Shown here: positions 61,476 through 64,000 of the stretch, in pieces
Layout of the letters: each line of letters starts with the position of its first letter
How positions within the stretch are numbered: position 1 is the stretch's first letter
Origin: an uncultured Candidatus Rokubacteria bacterium
GTDB lineage: Bacteria > Methylomirabilota > Methylomirabilia > Rokubacteriales > CSP1-6
Reading direction: 5' to 3'
Length of the DNA stretch: 64,000 nucleotides
NCBI GenBank assembly: GCA_963754315.1
Contig: CAVWFS010000002.1
Coordinates: forward strand, 1-64,000
Position numbers and translations under genes: made by a program
The notes under the pieces: model-generated
Seen by the model: only the letters and a program-made list of their open reading frames with translations
The model's database searches: none
Told to the model about the DNA's origin: nothing

Positions 61476-63858
61476 TCAGGCGGTGAGGACGCGCAGCAGC
61501 CTGGCGGCGGTGGCCTTGGCGCGACGCCCCACCTCGTTCACGGGACCGACGCAGGACGGGCAGCCAGCCTGACAGGGGCACGCGTGAAGCGTGGCCAGCC
61601 CCTGCGCCAGCAGCTCGGGCAGGACCACGAACAGCCGCTCGGCCAGGCCAATACCACCCGCGTAGGCGTCATACAGATAGATGGTGGGATTGAACTGCTC
61701 GGCCTCGAGCAAGCGGCGCCGTGACGACTCGCGGGTCACCGTCGCGCCAGGCACGGCCGGAGTGGTATCCCCCAGCCACGAGCCGAGATCGCGCACGTCA
61801 CACAGAAGGAAGATGGGCGCGAGGTGATGAAGCAGGTAGCTCACCGCGCGCAGCCCGTCGATCAGCTCCTCGCGTGAGGCGCTCACCTGGCTGAGCGTCT
61901 CGGGAGGCACGGTGATCCAGGCGCTCGTCGTCTGCATCTCTTGCTGGGGCAGCTCCACCTCGCCCGAGCCGACGTTCTCCAGTGTTCCCATCTTGATCTT
62001 CTTGAAGCCCACCACCTTCTCGGCCACGAGCACCTCGCCCTGCTCGGCGAGGTAGGTCTGATGCTGCCGCCCGTCCAGCCGCTGCAGGATCCAGACCCCT
62101 TTGGCGCTCACGGCGTCGGTGAAGTAGTCCACCTGGACGCGCTTGACGTAGGCGACCTTCTCCTCGTCCTCTCGGAAGTGGAGCTCCTGGACCTCGTACG
62201 GCTCGCTCTCCACGAGATAGATCGCCTTCGGGTATATCGTTGCGAAGGCGCTCCCCCAGTCCACCTCGGCGATAACCTGTCGCCGCTTCGTCTGCTTCGC
62301 GTCGCGCGCCGTGGTGTCGATGACCACGAAGTTGTCGCTGGTGACCGTGCGCAGGGAGACGTGGTCGGCTGGATAGGTCTCGGCCGCCCAGTGCCAGCGC
62401 GTCCCCGCCCGGTGCAGCACACCCTCGTCCTCGAGGGCAGCCAGATGGCGCCGCACGTCGGTATCCCCGAATCTCTCGACGTCGCTGCCGCTTCCGCCTG
62501 ATTCCTCCTCGGGAGCGAGGGCTGATGGGTAGCTCGAAGGCGGCGCACTTGAGGTGGTTCACGAGAATGAACGGGTTGTCCGGGTTCACCCGGGCGTGCT
62601 CGGGCGAGGTCCCGAACAGGTACTCGGGATGGGTCACCATGAACTGGTCCAGCGGGGCGCTCGTGGCCACGAAAATTGCCGCCGAGGGCCCGCTCCGGCG
62701 GCCGGCCCGCCCCGCCTGTTGCCACAAGGAGGCGATGGTGCCGGGGTAGCCGGCCAGCACCGCCACGTCGAGGTGACCGATGTCGACACCGAGCTCGAGC
62801 GCGTTCGTGGAAACGACGCCGAGCACCTCTCCGGCTCGCAGGCCGTGCTCGACCGCGCGGCGGCGAGTCGGCAGGTAGCCGCCACGGTAGCCGCGCACGA
62901 GGCCCGAATCGCCCGTCCTGTCGGCGATGGCGCTCTTGATCGACGTGAGGAGGACCTCGGTGGCGAGGCGGCTCTGCGCGAAGACGATGGTGGGCACCTT
63001 CTCGCGCAAGAAGCGCTGAGCCAGCTTGGAGGCCTCACCCAGATACGGCGCCCGGATGCCCAGCTCGGGGTTGATGACGGGGGGGTTGTAGCAGAGGACC
63101 GTCTTCTCTCCCGAGGGCGCTCCGCTCTCGGCGACCTCTTCCACGCTCGCCCCGGTGAGCCGCTCGGCCAGCTCGCGGGGATTGCCGATGGTGGCAGAGG
63201 CCATGATGAACTGCGGAGCCGAGCCGTAGTGGCGACAGATGCGCCCGAGCCGCCGCAGCACGTTTGCCAGATGGCTGCCGAAGACACCTCGGTAGGCGTG
63301 CAGTTCGTCGATCACCACGAACTTGAGGTTCTGGAAGAGCGAGGCCCACTTGGTGTGGTGGGGCAGGATGCCCGAGTGGAGCATGTCCGGATTCGTCAGC
63401 ACGAGGTTGGCGCGGGCCCGCACCGCCCGGCGGGCATCCTGCGGCGTGTCCCCGTCGTAGGTGAACATGCGCAGGTCGGGCAAAGTCCTGGCGATCGCCT
63501 CGAGCTCGGCGAGCTGATCCTGGGCGAGCGCCTTGGTCGGAAACAGGTAGAGGATCCGGGCATCGGGCTCCTTGAGGAGCGCCTGCAAGGCCGGCACGTT
63601 GTAGCAGAGCGTTTTGCCCGAGGCCGTCGGCGTCACCACGACCACATGGTGACCCTTGTCGACCAGCTCCCACGTTCTCGCCTGATGGATATAGAGCTGC
63701 TCGATACCGCGCGCACGCAGCGCGTCGCACAGCCGCGGATCGAGGGTGGCGGGAAAGGGCGCGTACACGGCGGGGCGAGCGGGGAAGTGGCGAGTGGCGA
63801 CGATGCACGGTCCGGTCACATTCGAGATCAGCAGATCATCGAGGATCCCGCCGAGCAT
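61476..63858 (-). CDS. DEAH helicase with DUF1998 (MrfA/YprA/Hrq1-like); frameshifts near 62460-62520
   Basis: TPTASGKT, DELH, SAT, QQAGRAGR, YDAYAGGIG and CPCQAGCPSC. Confidence 0.93.
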
Positions 63859-63882
63859 CGACGCTCACTGTATCATGAGCCG

Positions 63883-64000
63883 ATGATGCGACCGTCTTCC
63901 TGGCTGCCTCCCGCGATCTGGATGGTGATCATTCTCTGGATGTCCTCGGATCAGTTCAGCAGCGCGCACACGGGGAGCACTCTCGGCGCCTTTCTGGCCT
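63883..64000 (+). CDS. Probable VanZ-family membrane protein, N-terminus only
   Basis: MMRPSSWLPPAIWMVIILWMSSDQFSSAHT..., truncated by the window edge. Confidence 0.55.
   Translation, partial: MMRPSSWLPPAIWMVIILWMSSDQFSSAHTGSTLGAFLA

Overview
High-GC bacterial chromosome segment. Gene style and intergenic repeats suggest a Rokubacteria/Methylomirabilota-like organism, but this is an inference. Scattered 1-bp frameshifts point to uncorrected long-read consensus. Bases 1-12376 are the right part of an integrative, satellite- or plasmid-like element inserted at the 3' end of tRNA-Phe. It carries a tyrosine integrase, a small ribbon-helix-helix (RHH) gene, an Xis/AlpA-like gene, iteron-like repeats, a TOPRIM/DUF3987 primase, a CGNR zinc-finger protein, a poly-Q secreted protein, and an IS21 nested in an IS110 remnant. 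The remainder is core-like: serine hydrolase, HEPN/MNT pair, aminotransferase III and DUF4392, a treZ/GH57/glgC/glgE/maltokinase cluster, ggt, a CsoR-led operon, rng-rodA-mrdA-mreDCB, cspA, comEA, HNH, ABC-F, MFS, alkA, three tandem KimA-like transporters, dnaB-rplI-rpsR-ssb-rpsF, groESL with CIRCE, and an mrfAB-like pair. The most unusual signal is a minus-strand structured RNA candidate of about 340 nt (40281-40620). It holds a 13-codon ORF whose ribosome-binding region is complementary over 17 nt to the conserved 3' end of 16S rRNA, right up to the ATG. Two palindromic repeat families and a local C/G skew beside one of them are also notable.
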